Source of the DNA: Takakia lepidozioides
Taxonomy: Eukaryota; Plantae; Bryophyta
Reading direction: 5' to 3'
DNA: 64,000 nt
NCBI GenBank assembly: GCA_030704615.1
Contig: CM060731.1
Coordinates: forward strand, 74,958,001-75,022,000
The position numbers were made by a program, and so were the translations under genes. Position 1 is the first letter of the stretch. The number at the start of each line of letters is the position of its first letter. Below are positions 1-13,194 of the stretch, piece by piece. Under the pieces are notes generated by a model. It saw nothing but the letters and a program-made list of their open reading frames with translations, ran no database searches and had not been told where the DNA came from.

Positions 1-490
1 TTGACTGCCTTTGTGGGCTGCCTATTTTGTAGATATGCAGCCGTAAGCACTGCCTCCCCCCAAAAGGCTCCAGACAAACCTGCAACGTGTAACATGCTCA
101 AGACAGCTTCCACAAGCGTTCGATTTTTCCGTTTTGAGACACCATTTTGTTGTGGTGTATAAGAAACATAAATTGTTTTAAGATGCCATGTTCTTGGCAA
201 AACTCATTGAAGTCATTAGACTTGTACTCGCCTCCGTTGTCACTTCGTAGTGTTTGGATTCGTCTTCCCACTTGATTTTCAACCATGGCCTTGTACTTTT
301 GAAATGTTGAGAAGGCTTGTGATTTGTTCCATAGAAGGTAAATCACGGTGTATCTGTAATCATTAATGAATGTGATGAAGTACATGAATCTTCTGTGTGT
401 GGCTGATTGCATTGGACCACATATGTCCGTATGCACCAGCTCAAGAGGAAAACTAGCTCTTGTTCCTCCCTCATTCGGGAATGTTTCTCT
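1..490 (-). mobile_element. Ty1/Copia integrase core fragment
   Basis: ORF 98..436 has HTDICGPM, FITFIND, LRSDNGGEY (rve motifs); frameshifted downstream. Confidence 0.9.
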
Positions 491-494
491 AAAT

Positions 495-760
495 TAAAGG
501 AGGGAATTGCTTATTGTCCAAAAATGGGCATTTGCTTGCAACCTGCAAGATGGAAAGTGACTTGTACAAGCTAGGGATCTCGAAAATGCCAAGCGAGATT
601 CATGCTAATGTTGTAAGCTCAGACTCTACCGCAAATCTATGGCATGAAAGGTTAGGGCATGTAAGCCAAGGCCGCCTACAAACTTTGATTCACAAAAATA
701 TGGTCAATGGACTAGATCTAAGTGACATCAAGACTTTTCAGTTTTGTAGGTCTTGTGACG
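495..760 (+). mobile_element. Copia GAG-pre-integrase fragment, inverted relative to the adjacent integrase
   Basis: ORF 514..768 has LWHERLGHVS followed by CxxC. Confidence 0.85.
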
Positions 761-1135
761 TTGTTTGATGGATTTGCGCATCAGTGGTAGCTTTGGTTTG
801 CCAGAAGTGGTTTGAGAGTTTGTGGTGCAACACTTTGGATTTGGTCCATTTTTGAATATGGACCTTTGTATGGCTAATTGAATCAGCAGCTTGTTTATTG
901 GCTTCACCGGTGAGAGTGGCTAAGAGATTACGTATTGGTCGGGGTGCAGGGGGGTTTGGGACAGGGTGAATAAACCAGAATGGGTGAGTGTGGGCAATGT
1001 GGATAGGGTCGTCCGTAGGATAGACTTTGGGTTTAGTGGCGCCAAGTTGGGCGAGTAGATCCGCTTCCTCATTACCTTGGATGCTAGTGTGGGAGCGGAC
1101 TTTGAGGAATTGGATTGTGTCCCGAAGTATTACTA
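760..1135 (-). mobile_element. Non-LTR retrotransposon fragment (RNase H C-terminus and linker), same family as 57578-58741
   Basis: Manual translation gives IQFLKVRSHTSIQGNEEADLLAQLGA..HTHPFW..PIRNL..SNHFW..TDAQI, collinear with ORFs 58502..58720 and 57680..58474. Confidence 0.85.
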
Positions 1136-1259
1136 GTCCTTATAGGAAACGCAAATGCGATAATGAGACATAAATGTTGTGCATGTTCAAGGGGTGTCCG
1201 TCTAGTGGTTTGTATAAGTCGATGATTATTACATTTATTTTGCTGCTGGAAATTGCCAC

Positions 1260-2600
1260 CCATATGTGGACCATGCGCCTATCCTTGCCAACTGGCAGAA
1301 CCCTGCGTTCCCACTTGATTGACGCCCAACTAGTCTTGTGGAGCTTTGAATGATCCCTATCGCCGCCTGAAGATTCCAACACTGCAACATGGAATGGTTC
1401 TTCCCCCAATAACCACATTTATTATCCACTGTGTTAGATACAATTTGAGGTGAAGGACACTCAATAGTAATATGCCCAATTCTTCAAATTTCCTCGCCAA
1501 TGCCATGATCACATCCTCCTGAGGTCCTAGGGCTGGTAATGCCAACGGTTTAAGTACCTTCTCCTCCACTGACACCGGGGCATACATGCCTATAGCTGCA
1601 GTTGCTATGGGGGGGGGGTACGGCCTAAGGTGACCCTGCTCCAAAGTAGGCATCCCAAGTTCCTCCAATCATGGATGAAGGAGGCGCAGGCATATGCTAA
1701 GTTGTGACATGAATTGTTTCCCGTTTGGCTCGATTAATATAAGCTTGGAGGTCATCTGGTGCAGCCTCTTTCACAAATCTTACCAACTCGTGGGGACGCA
1801 ACCCTTCAATGAATAAACCCATCTGCATATGGTCAGGGATTGCATGATTGTTCCATCTCCTCAGAATATCCTCCAGCCTTCCGGCATAAGAATCAATAGA
1901 CTCTCTGGGGCAATCTGAATCCGAGTGAGCTGCTCCCTAAGTCGATCAGCAAATCCCAAAGGTCCAAACAGTACCTGCACAAAGGCGGTCTTCAATGCAT
2001 TCCAATCGGCATTAAAGGTATCGTGAGGTTGTCAATCGTACCACTGAACACCAAATCACGCAAGATACCAGGAAAAATGGTCCTCCAATCTTTAGCAATT
2101 TTTGTGTTATTAGCTATATTAGCAGTGATAAATTATGCAAGATGACTGTCTGGGTCAGAACTCAGAACCCTGCCGACCATTAAACGTAGGTAAAGGATTG
2201 CTGGTTCTGCACAAGATTAATGGCTATAGGCACAGGTTGAAGAGCCACAGAAATGGGTATTGGTGGAGGAGGTGGTGCTCCTATTCCAGCCATAGCTCCT
2301 ACTAGAGATGGTAGATTAAACAAAGGTGCCAATGAATAAGTTTGTGGATGTACTTACTGTTGGTGATGCTGCCTTCTAGCCCGCACTAATGCTCGGTCAG
2401 CTCTAGCCCAGCTAGCTTGATGAGCTGCTCTCGTCGGAGACTCCTTCATCCCCCATCCTTCCCTTCTGTTCACTTCCACAAAAACTTTCAATCGGGCCAG
2501 CACTGCTTCTATGGACACCTCAGTGTTCTTATTTAAATCAATTCCCAATTCAGTCAACCAATAGATCACCAACACTACTCCAAGAGGCAAGCATCCGATA
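1260..2600 (-). mobile_element. Athila-like Ty3/Gypsy gag remnant
   Basis: Degenerate gag-like sequence with a CCHC-like knuckle (CGYWGKNHSMLQC), lying downstream of an Athila-type PBS; many stops and frameshifts. Confidence 0.7.
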
Positions 2601-2970
2601 ATTTACTCAACATTATCTCGCTTCTCTCCCTTCCAATTCTCAGTCAATTTAACATTATCAGGCCGTTCAATTGGTGGATTGACAAGAACCTCGTGGTTTC
2701 TAAATTCATGGTGATCCCTTCGATAATGGTTCTTAGGACGACAATAAAGGCACTTAGTATGATCTGGTGGTCGCTCTCTTTCTCACTTGGACTTCCCGTC
2801 ATTAGACTCACAAACAAGGATTTAAATATACTTATCCAAATGTCAAATTTAACATAAACTGTTATTTCCCCGTTCAATCCTGATCCACTATGACAGTCTA
2901 TATTATACTCACAACAACGATGGTATTACTATTATAATTAGAAATCTGATCTAGCTTATTGCCTAGTCTT

Positions 2971-2988
2971 TCCGCGGCAGTGGCGCCA
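2971..2988 (-). promoter_or_regulatory. Primer-binding site, tRNA-Asp/Athila type
   Basis: Minus strand reads ..ACA-TCTTTT-TGGCGCCACTGCCGCGGA, close to the Athila PBS TGGCGCCGTTGCCGGGGA. Confidence 0.75.
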
Positions 2989-2994
2989 AAAAGA

Positions 2995-3750
2995 TGTAGA
3001 TTATTATTGAGTTCTGAATTAGATTAAGCAAATCTAATTAGTTCATTCTCGGGGAAAGCATCCAAACAACCCAAGGAAACACTATCAAATGTATTCTAAT
3101 CTATGTAGTAACCATGAAATTATCATGTGGTCTGCATTTCTAATTTTTCTATTCCACTTCTAGAACCAAAATGTCTATTCTATATTCGCCTATAACTCTA
3201 TCTGAATCATTTTGTAATCACCATAGTAATTCTCCTTCTCTATATCTCTCTAGTTTATAGTCCAATTCTAAAATAACTCTGATTTCACACAACCAAGCAG
3301 TAATTCAATGATTTATCAATTTATTCTCTCTTACATTCCACCACATAATTCCACAATCGTGCATTGCAATTTCCACAATAAATTCTTTCTGATTCAAAAT
3401 ATCATGAATATCAGTTAAATTATAGAGCCTTATCTCTTTAGGTCTCTGCACCATCTTTCACTTCTAACATCCAAAGTCTCTATCTCTATGAACTGAAATT
3501 GACAAAACAATCAACTAGCATCTCTCTCTGCTAGGGCCTTGGCGTATTCTTGTACAAATGACATCTTCTCCCATTCTGCAAAACTACTTCACTACGATAA
3601 GCTAAATCTCCCAATTTTAACTACCCAATTCTCTAACAACCCCATTATTCATCCAATTATTCATCCAATTTTGAGTCTGCCTTCCAATTTATCATCCCAT
3701 TTTATTCTATATGGACATCCGCAAATATCTTCAGACCAATTTGATGGTTT
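2995..3750 (-). mobile_element. 5' LTR (partial) of the Athila-like element
   Basis: Ends in CA immediately upstream of the PBS; AT-rich; distal boundary approximate. Confidence 0.55.
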
Positions 3751-3751
3751 C

Positions 3752-4101
3752 GTAAAAACCTACGGGTTTTTTCTCTTTGTATTTTCAGGGAGCTTACTTG
3801 GCGAAATGTCACGTCAACAGTAAGTGGGGGATATTACGCGGGCCGGGGGATCTTACGCGTAAGGTCCCGTGGGAGATTATGCACGCCATCTTTTCCTTAC
3901 AATCTCATCTTTTATGTTATATGCCACAATTTGAGCCCGTCCACAGCGAAAAAAACGGGAAAGAAACCCTATGTCTGTACGCAGTGTAAGTCCCCCACCC
4001 TCAGGCAGGTACCTTGGTATTCGTGTCGTGACCTCGGGCTGCGCCCTCGGCCACTCCCCTCACACCGCGGTACACCATCGGGTGGGGGACTTACCCTATA
4101 C
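3752..4101. mobile_element. Non-autonomous element end with subterminal inverted repeat and CCCTATAC terminus
   Basis: Perfect 15-bp IR GTAAGTCCCCCACCC (3986-4000 / 4080-4094) enclosing CCTCGGGCTGCGCCCTCGG, followed by CCTATAC. Confidence 0.5.
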
Positions 4102-4189
4102 ATAATTTTACTCAATAAAAGCCCAAAATGAAAGAGCTGTAATGGTCGAAGTATGGTTGCGCTCCATAGAGAGAAGCTCATCTTGCATA

Positions 4190-6330
4190 GCAGCTTAGTA
4201 TTGAGGGGCATCAGGTCTGAAAAGGGCTTGCAGCTTGTAAGTTGTGGGTTGGGTGAGGTCAACAGAGTGAGTGGAGAAAGCTCGCTTCCTAGGTGTGATA
4301 GGTTGAGCTAGACTGGATGGGGGAATAGGGTGTGATTGGTATCCTGATTCTGGTACTTTTTCGAGGGGGATGAGATGAGAGGTGGATCCAGCAGCTTGGA
4401 TAGAAGAAGTAGGCCGTCTGGAATAGGTCTTGAGAACAACCTCAAGAGGTGTGCCAGGACGGGTAAGCAAGATGGGAGGAGATACTGCTCCCATTGGAGG
4501 TGGAGGGTAGGATGGAGGAACAACTGTATTATAGGGTTGAAAGAAAGTCGGCTCTTGTTGCAATTCTTTATCTGTGAGGCCATCGACAGCTGTGAGAGAT
4601 TGGGGGGGTTGACAGGACTAGAAGAAATAATATCTTTAAGAAATTGGACGTCACGAGAGATAATGCTCGGGTGATCAGACTTGCGCTCCAACTTGTAAGC
4701 TTTAGAGGATTCACTATATCCTAAGAAGTGGCATTATGTACTCTTGGGATATAGCTTAGTACGATCCTGTTGATGGACATGGGCAAAAGCAGTGCAGCCA
4801 AATACTCTCATATGAGATATGTCAGGTTGGGAATTATGCCATAGCTCAAAAAGAGTTTTGTCGGGCGATAAAGCTGAGGTTGGGATACGATTGTTGACAT
4901 AATTGGTTGTAATCATGGCCTCTCCCAATATCACTTGGAGAGATGAGCATGTTCAAAATTCGATAGATTGCACCATCTTCATGAGGGTTTGGTTCATGCC
5001 CTCTGCAACACCATTATGTTGAGGGGTATGAGGAACTGTCAACTGCCTATGTATGCCATGCTGAGCACATAAGTCGGTAAAGACTTGATAAACATATTTT
5101 CTTCCATTGTCAGTACGGAGAACCTGAACTGTTTTGTGGAGTTTATTTTCAGCATAGTTTTTTCACTATTTGAAAATGTGGAGGGCATGAGACTTCTTGC
5201 GTAATAAATATACCACAATGTAACGCGAGTAGTCATCGATGAAAGTCATAAAGTAGCGAAAACCGGAAGGGGTTGCAAGTGTGAGAGGTCCACATATGTC
5301 TTTGTGTTGCAACATGCATCTTGCACTCTCCACTAGAGTTCGGTTCTTTCGTTCTATCACACCATTCTGCTCCTGTGTGTAGGGAGCTGTAAACTGCCTA
5401 ACAACTCCTTGTTCTATGCAGAATTTATTCATGGCATTAGAGGTGTACTCCCCTCCGTTATCACTCCGTAGGATTTTTAATGTCTTCCTTGTTTGACGCT
5501 CTGCTTTTATACTCTTAAAGCAAGTCAACAGTTCATTTTTCTGTTTAAAAATATATACTACTGTCTTTTTGCTATAACCATCAATTGATGAAATTAGTTG
5601 CAAAATACTTAGCTTCGTCTGTAGAGGTTGTTTGCATTGGCCCGCAAACATCTGAGTGGATTAATCCCAACAGTTCTTCTGCTTTGGTTCATCCTTGTGA
5701 TGGGAACTTAAACGGATGTTACTTCCCACTCAAACAACTCTCACATAGAGGTAGCGTAATTGCATTAGTTTTCAGATTGAGATCGCACGTGAACCATTCC
5801 ATCTTTGTTTAACCGTTTTAGTCCATCAAGCCCAATGTGCCCAAATCTATGGTGCCACTCCTCCTAGTAATCTGATTCTCATGGACCCGTGTCCTTCAAT
5901 CTTGTGACTGGTGTTGTCTCCCAAGTACACCGCTTCATTTGTCACAGATTTAGAACCAGTCTAAGTGTTAAGTCATGTGCTGGGTTGCTCCAGAATCCAC
6001 ATGCCACACCTCTGCATCCAATCCAGTATTGGTAGATGCACAACCGTTACAAACAAATGTTCTTCCTTCTGCGAAATATTTGCTTGAGTTGTTTGTTTAT
6101 TGCCAGCTTCATCGGCAATCTTTGATTTGATGTCTTGGAATTTTACAGTACTGATACTTGCCGAGAAATTTCTTTCTAAGCTTATTGCCGCTATTTGCCT
6201 CCCTCTGATTATCATCCTTACATGAATAATCTTTCTTTTTGAATTTCTGAAATGAACGTTTGTTGTTTGTTCCCACCAGAAAATAAAGCAATAGGCTTAT
6301 CTGTTTGTGTTGTATGTGTGCCACTGGACT
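4190..6330 (-). mobile_element. Copia gag-knuckle, protease, integrase and linker fragments (chimeric)
   Basis: ORFs 5166..5651 (LRSDNGGEY, APYTQEQNGVIERKNRTL, FIDDYSRY), 4734..4934 (HMRVFGCTAF), 4308..4691 (ISRDVQF); two integrase segments fused head to tail. Confidence 0.9.
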
Positions 6331-7149
6331 TTCTCCTTGTCTCCTACTGGAGGAGAAATTTAACTACTATCCCTAATGTCAGCTGTGCATATAGAGATAT
6401 TACCATGCCCTCATAGGACTCTGGTAAGGTGGACAATATGGTCCTCATTCGACACTCCGTATAAGAATTGTTCAAAATTTGGCAAGTACGTTTAAATGAC
6501 TTGCCAATATAACCATAACAATTTGAGATTATTATGCATCATTGCAGGCACAACAAGATTGTGATTATACATATAAATACAACTTTGACAAAACATCTTG
6601 ATCAGTAGCTCCAAATACCTTACTTGTACATAATTGCCAAGTTAGTAGTAAAATTGCGCGATAAGAAGACAACTGCACTATCTCCATCACTCATGGATGT
6701 TTCTGATGCTAATGGACTGAGCTGACTGACCCTTCTTCAGTCATTTTTAAGCCATGTATTTGCTTGTTTAAATATATTTTAGTGGTTACATTCTTAATAG
6801 CAAACAATGGACCATGTAGAGTGTCCCAGCTTCTTTGGCGGTTTTTGCTTCAATAACATGCGGAAGACTTGCGTCTTTGATGTTCAAAAGAATGCCAGCC
6901 CGTGCATGACTATCCTTAAAGCTTTTTTATTTTTTTATTTTTCTGTTTGGTTCTCCACCATTATTTTGTATTGATTTATTTTTCTTTAACTTTCGACCAA
7001 GGCTTGACTTTCTTATTAGCATACAAGGCTGCTGCACTTGGATGATTAGGCTAGTAGTTCTCAAGAGACACTAAGGCTTTTGTAGACAGTCAGAACTCTT
7101 AAGTATGAATAGGAGTAGCAGTGGATAAGTAGTGTAGGTAAGTAGCGTC

Positions 7150-7530
7150 AAAAAATCTAGGTTGAAATCATAATCCGTGACGATAGGCCATGAACAGGTG
7201 ATACACAATCGGCAGGTATGAATGAACCTTTATGAACAGACACAACCGCTCAGAGAGGTATGTCTCTATGCAGCCACAATATTTAATGTGCTCTAAGGTT
7301 GGGAGGAGAGCTCTTAGAAAGCTATAAAAACACTTTACTTTCTTTTGGTTTGAGCCAGATTCATCCTTCGCTGAATCATCTTTTGTTGTACACGCTTTAA
7401 GTAAATATATCACCGCATATAGTGAATAATCATCTACAAAGGTAATCAAATACTTAAAGCTTGAGTGAGTTGCTGACTGCATTGGTCCATAAATGTCTGA
7501 GTGTATCATATCAAGCACCCTTTTAGCTCG
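7150..7530. mobile_element. Copia LTR piece (+) fused to an integrase fragment (-)
   Basis: TCTAAGGTTGGGAGGAGAGCT shared with LTR 22246-22500; ORF 7168..7518 begins IHSDIYGPM..ITFVDDYS. Confidence 0.7.
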
Positions 7531-7599
7531 TGAAGAAAATAGTACAGGGTCACATGTTCAATCTTGTAATTCTTCTCATAAAAAAAACCTCAAAAAATT

Positions 7600-9075
7600 C
7601 CTTTGGGATACCCTTGAAATCCCCACCAATCTGCAGGTCCATTGGGTTCAACGTCCAACCATGTGGGAGGAACTTAAACGTTTATTTGAGTCTCAAGATG
7701 CACTAAGTAGAATGTATCTTAGAGACAATTGCAAATACTTAAGTTGAAAGAAGGAGAGGGTGTAATAAAATACATACATGCCTTTAGAAGTATTGGGGAA
7801 GTATTTTAGAACAACTACCTGGAGCGAGTACACCAGTAAGCGATGAGGATGTTGTTCTTTCCAGGTTGATGCGTAGCAACTATAAAAATTTGATTAGCTC
7901 TTTAAGACAGCAGCCTAATATAACTCTTCAAACATTAATTATTGGTTTATTGCAAGAAGAAAATCTTATAAAAAGTCTTGATGAAAGCCTACTCATATCT
8001 GACTTTAGCATACTAAGCTAACTAACTGGGACATATTAACACTGTGTTTGAATACTAAGGGCAAGAGTCCTTTAAAGTGCTTTTACTGCAAGCTGACCAA
8101 TCATGTTATCAAGGACTGTCGCAAGCACATTGCTGCAGAAAAGCGAGCTAGCTAATCAAAATCTGGACAGACTAAGGACTCTTAATCGCTTGTTGATCAT
8201 AGATTTGTCTCCTCCTCCTGCCAGGGATACTAGTTGGAACATTGATACCGGTGCCACAAACCACATGGCCCATGATAGGAGTCACTTTCGTACCTACACT
8301 TCTAGATCCTGCTCAAGTTGTCTATTTAGGAAACAACTTGACTCAATCTATTGTTGGCATTGGTGATGTGTACATTACCCTTCCTCATGGCGAGCCCATC
8401 ATTATATCTAATGTTCTTCATGTTCCGAACCTCTATTCCATCAAACACCTTGATTCTTCAAATGGTCAGATGCTCTCACGCGGGGGAATTTGTTCCCTTA
8501 CGGTCATCTTCCTTAGATAGAACCTAAGGAGAAAACAATATTGATAAGAAGTTACTTTATAATATATAAAGATACTCTCTCTCCCTCTCTCATCTGAATG
8601 TTCTAGCTTCTTATTTCATAACATGGTATCAGAACTGGGGAATGAAACCAACTAAAGTTGACGAGTGGGATCTCACTTTCGTACCTACACTTCTCTAGAT
8701 CCTGCTCAAGTTGTCTATTTAGGAGACAACTCGACTCAATCTATTAATGTTGGCACCGGAGATGTATACATTACCCTTCTTCATGGCGAGCCCATCATTA
8801 TATCTAATGTTCTTCATGTTCCTAGCCTTTACAAAAACCTTTATTCTATCGGACACCTTGATTCTTTAAATGGTCAGATGCTTTTACGCCAGGGAATTTG
8901 TTCCCTTACAGACTTCCAAGGTCAGTTTATTGCCAAATGCTCTAAAGTCAATGACCTTATTACAAACTTGGTGAGTCATGACCTCCCCCTCCAATTGTTG
9001 TCATCTCAGCATCTACACCACACCTGCTAAAGTGTGGCATCAACGTCTTGGCCACATTGGCCAAGCTCGACTTCA
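7600..9075 (+). mobile_element. Copia gag, protease and pre-integrase fragments with an internal duplication and an LTR-PBS piece
   Basis: MWEELKRLFE (gag), WNIDTGATNHM (protease), SNVLHVP present twice (8282-8500 and 8673-8909); TAACA-TGGTATCAGA Met-PBS at 8624. Confidence 0.85.
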
Positions 9076-9088
9076 CCAACCATTCAAT

Positions 9089-10328
9089 CCTTTGGGATAG
9101 TTTTACCCATTTTGTACAGTCACCCCACTTGGATCTTTTTATAAAGCTATACGGGTTTTTCTATGTCTATAAATGACTTGTATTTCCATTTGCAAACATA
9201 CTACCCCTATAATCGTGGATCGTGCTCACACTAGTTTTCTTTCCAGCTCAGGAGATACCAACCCCCTATGAGCTCGATGTATAGGGGAAGGGCAGCTGAT
9301 GACGCCCTTCCACCGGGGTTATTATTAGGTAAGTCGCCATAACCCGAAAATGAAGCCCAGAAATACACCCCCTTACGAAGCGATACGGGCGATCAACGGA
9401 AGATCAAGCAAAACATGCACACAAAAGCGCCAAGGAAATGCGAGAGGGGCCACGATTTGCAAGCTCCAGGAACCCAGACTCTGTGCGCGCGAAGAGAGAG
9501 CCCGTTCCACGCTGCCGCCACCCATCACTGGCCACAGGGTGACATCCTGTGTCCGCACGAGCGGACATGCCAACCCTGCATGCACCCGATCGCCGACATC
9601 GGGCCACCGACGCCCATTATGTCTGCCACGTGGCTAGGTCAAAGCCTGTGGAGGGCCAGAAACCATTGGATTTTGGGTACTCATCATCACTTCAAAAACT
9701 CCTGACGGCGCAGGATTTGTCCAATTAGGGTGTAATAAATTCTGTCCGGCGCAGAATCAAGGGCTACAACTTTTGTTCAGAGCCCATCTTCATCCAGATT
9801 CATTTAAGGGGCCCACTGATGATCGAAATATCCAATCGACCCGAATCAGGTCGACTCGTCCAGTAGGGGTTAATACTTCGGCTGCTTGGTACTGTATTTC
9901 TAATTCAGCCAGAGGTACTCCCTAGGAGTAAAGAGAGCAGCAGCCCCCTGTCAAACCATATGTCACAACCAGATTGAATTGCAGATGGGTCATGGCTCGA
10001 CGCCCCCTCCTTCTCTCCATTGCAGAATGCAAGATATACGCATTCACTAGCGTGGTATCCATAAGAAAAAAAAACAGACGATGCCACCATTCTTTGTGCG
10101 CAGCTGCAAGCTGTACGCACCCCTAAGCTGGTCCTGCACATCTACCCCTTGCATGTACGTTTGGTATTGCACATGTGCAGGCACGGATGGCACAGGCACT
10201 ATCTGGTTTCCCACAAAACGGCGTACAGTCACAGGAGAGGAATGGCTGCAAGCTGGTCTGGCTGCAGATGACAGTAAAAATACACCCTTCTTGTCCCACC
10301 ACAACACAGCAGCCACCTCCCTGGACTC
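9089..10328 (+). repeat. Near-identical copy of 53734-54970 (CRE LINE 3' UTR, GTATAGGG element, piggyBac transposase 3' part)
   Basis: Direct sequence identity with scattered SNPs; twin ORFs 9350..9637/53994..54347 and 9905..10141/54547..54783. Confidence 0.97.
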
Positions 10329-10389
10329 CCTTCTCCAGGGCTGCCAGGCTGGCACAAGCTTTAAAAATGCAAACAAAGTCCCTTCATGT

Positions 10390-11200
10390 ATCATCCCCTC
10401 ATGAGGGCATACGACTTGAGCACTTGCCATCTCCGAAAATAATGCTGAATCACTATAGCCAACCTTCGTAGTCTCAAGAACTTCACCTTGTGATGAAGTG
10501 TCCTGACCCACATGTTTAGTATTTGACCAGCCTCCAGCTCAAAAGTACTATATATCTTCCTGAAAGATGCCAACTCTGGCAAATTACTGGCTGTACCAGT
10601 CTCTTGACACTGCCAAAATCTCAAAAGTTTACAGTTTCAGAGGTAAATGGTTTCCGTCATTGTTGCATTGCTAGGATCCACCTTATGAATAATCTAAAAC
10701 ATCAGTTACTGGTTGTTTCTCAAGAAAGAGAATACGAGAAGATTGTCCTCTAGTTAGTTAAACCCCTCACTCATAAAACAAAGCGGGCTATAGCTGGAAA
10801 CTTCCAATTCTAGAGAGATGGGCAAGGAAACTCGGTATATCTTAATCAGTGATAGAGCTCAACAGATGAGGATCAAGTATAGTAAGTGCCATCCCACCTT
10901 GTGCATCTGCACTACAGAAGGCTGCTTGAATTTTGGTCACTGCTAGTGACTTTGGAGACCAGATTTTATGCCTCCAATACCGCCTCAAAGCAGCCTATAT
11001 TTTTATGGCATATGTGGTTTTGTGCACCAAAACTATAGTAGATAAAGCCTCTTTTTGGGCAAGCCAATCTTGCACAACTGTCTGAATGCGGCAGACAGCC
11101 TGATGTTGTTTTGTAAGCATTTGTCTCCCAATTCTTCTTCTTAAGCATGCCTCAATTTTAACAATGACTTTGTTCATTTGATGTATCTTCAACCGCAGCA
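10390..11200 (-). pseudogene. IQ-motif protein fragment, ASPM-like
   Basis: KFLRLRRLAIVIQHYFRRW and AVCRIQTVVQDWL resemble IQ repeats; disrupted. Confidence 0.45.
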
Positions 11201-11219
11201 ATGCACCTCTCCAGTATGC

Positions 11220-11520
11220 CTACAACCTAAAGATTGAAGACCTGCACTTCTCATATAGTACAAGAATAACAATTTTGTCGTCAATCTTCATGTAGTAAAG
11301 ATTGTAATCGGAATCACTCTTGGTCATTCCTTGAAACTCAAGATAGGCGTCGTTTTGAGTACGAAGCTCTTGGAGCTTGTTTAAGCCCATAGAGAGCTTT
11401 ACGTAGTCGACATATTTGGATCTCAAATCCAATGGTGACATAACCACATCCCTGGAGACTACAACCTTTTTAGTGATGGGGTTGAACAGTTTGTACCCCT
11501 TTGTTGTTTCCAATGACAAA
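11220..11520 (-). mobile_element. Fused Copia integrase-linker and RT fragments
   Basis: KGYKLFNPITKKVVVSRDV joined directly to SDSDYNLY..ILVLY. Confidence 0.75.
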
Positions 11521-11899
11521 GGGGTACAAACTTGTTGTTATTTCTTCTGGAAGACTGCGTTGACAAATGTGGAGAAGTACAAATCATTCTTGCCAGCAAA
11601 GGATTACAACAAAACCCTAACAAGGGCCACAAGTTGGAGCAATCTCACACAAAGTGCACTAGTCGAGCTGCTCGGTGCTACTGAGATCCGACAGGCCGGA
11701 ATGATTGCCATGGCAAGCTACAAGGAGACACATAAGGCCGATGTAAACAAAGTTGGGTACGCAGATCCGGGGATGGAGAGACAAAGCTCCTTGTGCTCAG
11801 TAGGGTATCCAAAGTGTCTACTGTCTGTGACCCAGCCTTAACAGAGGGATTCTTATACGAGGTTGGAATCTTCTACAGCAGAGTCCCTCCTCATGAATA

Positions 11900-12685
11900 T
11901 ACACTTATGTTCTTAGGGTCAGTTTTTTTTGTTTCTCCTTAGGAACATTGTACAATAAAAACTAGAATCAACCCCAGGGAAAAGATCAATTAGTTTCAAG
12001 GTTCGTTCGCAGGGAAAGCACTATATGACTGCAAAATAATGATGCTATACTACGCTATTTCTCCTCTTTCCCTCTACAAAAAGATTTCTACCACTGATTA
12101 CCTCAATCTAAAACAACTAATACTCTCCCAGTTTCATAAATATTCCCTCCGTCTTCTACCAACTCTATTCCATCGACTGAGATTAAATACCATTATTCAT
12201 CTGATTCTCTCCTCTAGTAGTCTGCTCGATATAAAGTCAATAATTCTTTACACCATCCTTTACTCACAAGCTGTAGGTTAATTATCTCTATGTCACTACA
12301 ACGCAGTCTCTTAAAAATGTCTATCGACAAACTATCAGATAATCCAGTAATTAACTCTAGAGGATCTTCCACTCCCTCTTCTCCACACATTACTATCGAT
12401 TGTTCTTCATCACCAATCTTGCTTATTCAATTCCTCCAGGGATTTTTCTTCACCAAAGGTCTTATTCCATTCTCCCATGAGTTTAGGATAGCCTTCAAAA
12501 GGTCGATACCATATCTGCAACCAATTGTGCTTCCAATAACAATCTCTGTATAGAGTCGATAACTCACTGTACCATCCTCTATTCACTAGCTGTAATGAGA
12601 GTATCTCTTTATCACTACAACAAAGCTTCTTAAAGATTCTTATCGATACATGGTCTGATAAATCAGTAATCAACTCCGATAATCA
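11900..12685 (-). mobile_element. LTR-like fragment with two tandem F-box-like motifs
   Basis: Minus-strand translations ELITDLSDHVSIRIFKKL..LQLVNRGWYSEL and ELITGLSDSLSIDIFKRL..LQLVSKGWCKEL. Confidence 0.55.
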
Positions 12686-12990
12686 AGACCATTACACTGT
12701 TTGATTCCAACATGCCCAAAAACAAAATACTGCCCACTAAAATAAAAAAAACACCTAACAAAATTAATCATTGAAACCAAATATCAATATAAAGACCATC
12801 ATCTTTATCAAGACCATTACCCTGTTTGATTCCAACATGCCCGCAAACAAAATACTACCCACCGAAATCGAACAACACCTAACAAAATTAATCGACGGAC
12901 CATGGTTCACAAATTCTTGACATACGCTATATGCCATGAGAACCTTTTATATAAATTGCATAAACGACCGAAAAATGGATCTATTAAGAA
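12686..12990 (+). pseudogene. Degenerate Ulp1-like protease C-terminal fragment with an internal duplication
   Basis: TGTTTGATTCCAACATGCCC..ACAAAATTAATC occurs twice here and also at about 16190-16260; GCCATGAGAACC..TTGCATAAACGA also shared. Confidence 0.7.
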
Positions 12991-13194
12991 AAACTAGTTG
13001 ACATCCTTGTTGATGAGGTGTCATTTGATGTCAAGTTGATTTATTTTGCTAACGAAATATTCCTAAGCAACATTCCCACTCCAGAACTACTTAATGTAAC
13101 ACGGTTCATCTTTTCGCAAGACTTGAATAGACCCATCAACAACTTAACATTCATCCCGTGTCGTATTTTCTGGACGTTGTTATCAGAAGTTGTC

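Noticed and set aside
9290-9350. Hammerhead ribozyme at CTGATGA (also 41025, 9817, 54458)
   Set aside because: No stem II directly followed by GAAA and no stem III/NUH pairing; the motif sits in a simple hairpin loop
9350-9705. Duplicated ORFs as a conserved small protein (also 53994-54370)
   Set aside because: Similarity reflects recent DNA duplication; indels shift frames between copies; no domain recognised
11550-11841. DUF26/Gnk2 ectodomain for the RLK fragments
   Set aside because: C-X8-C-X2-C motif not present; the ORF start overlaps antisense Copia sequence
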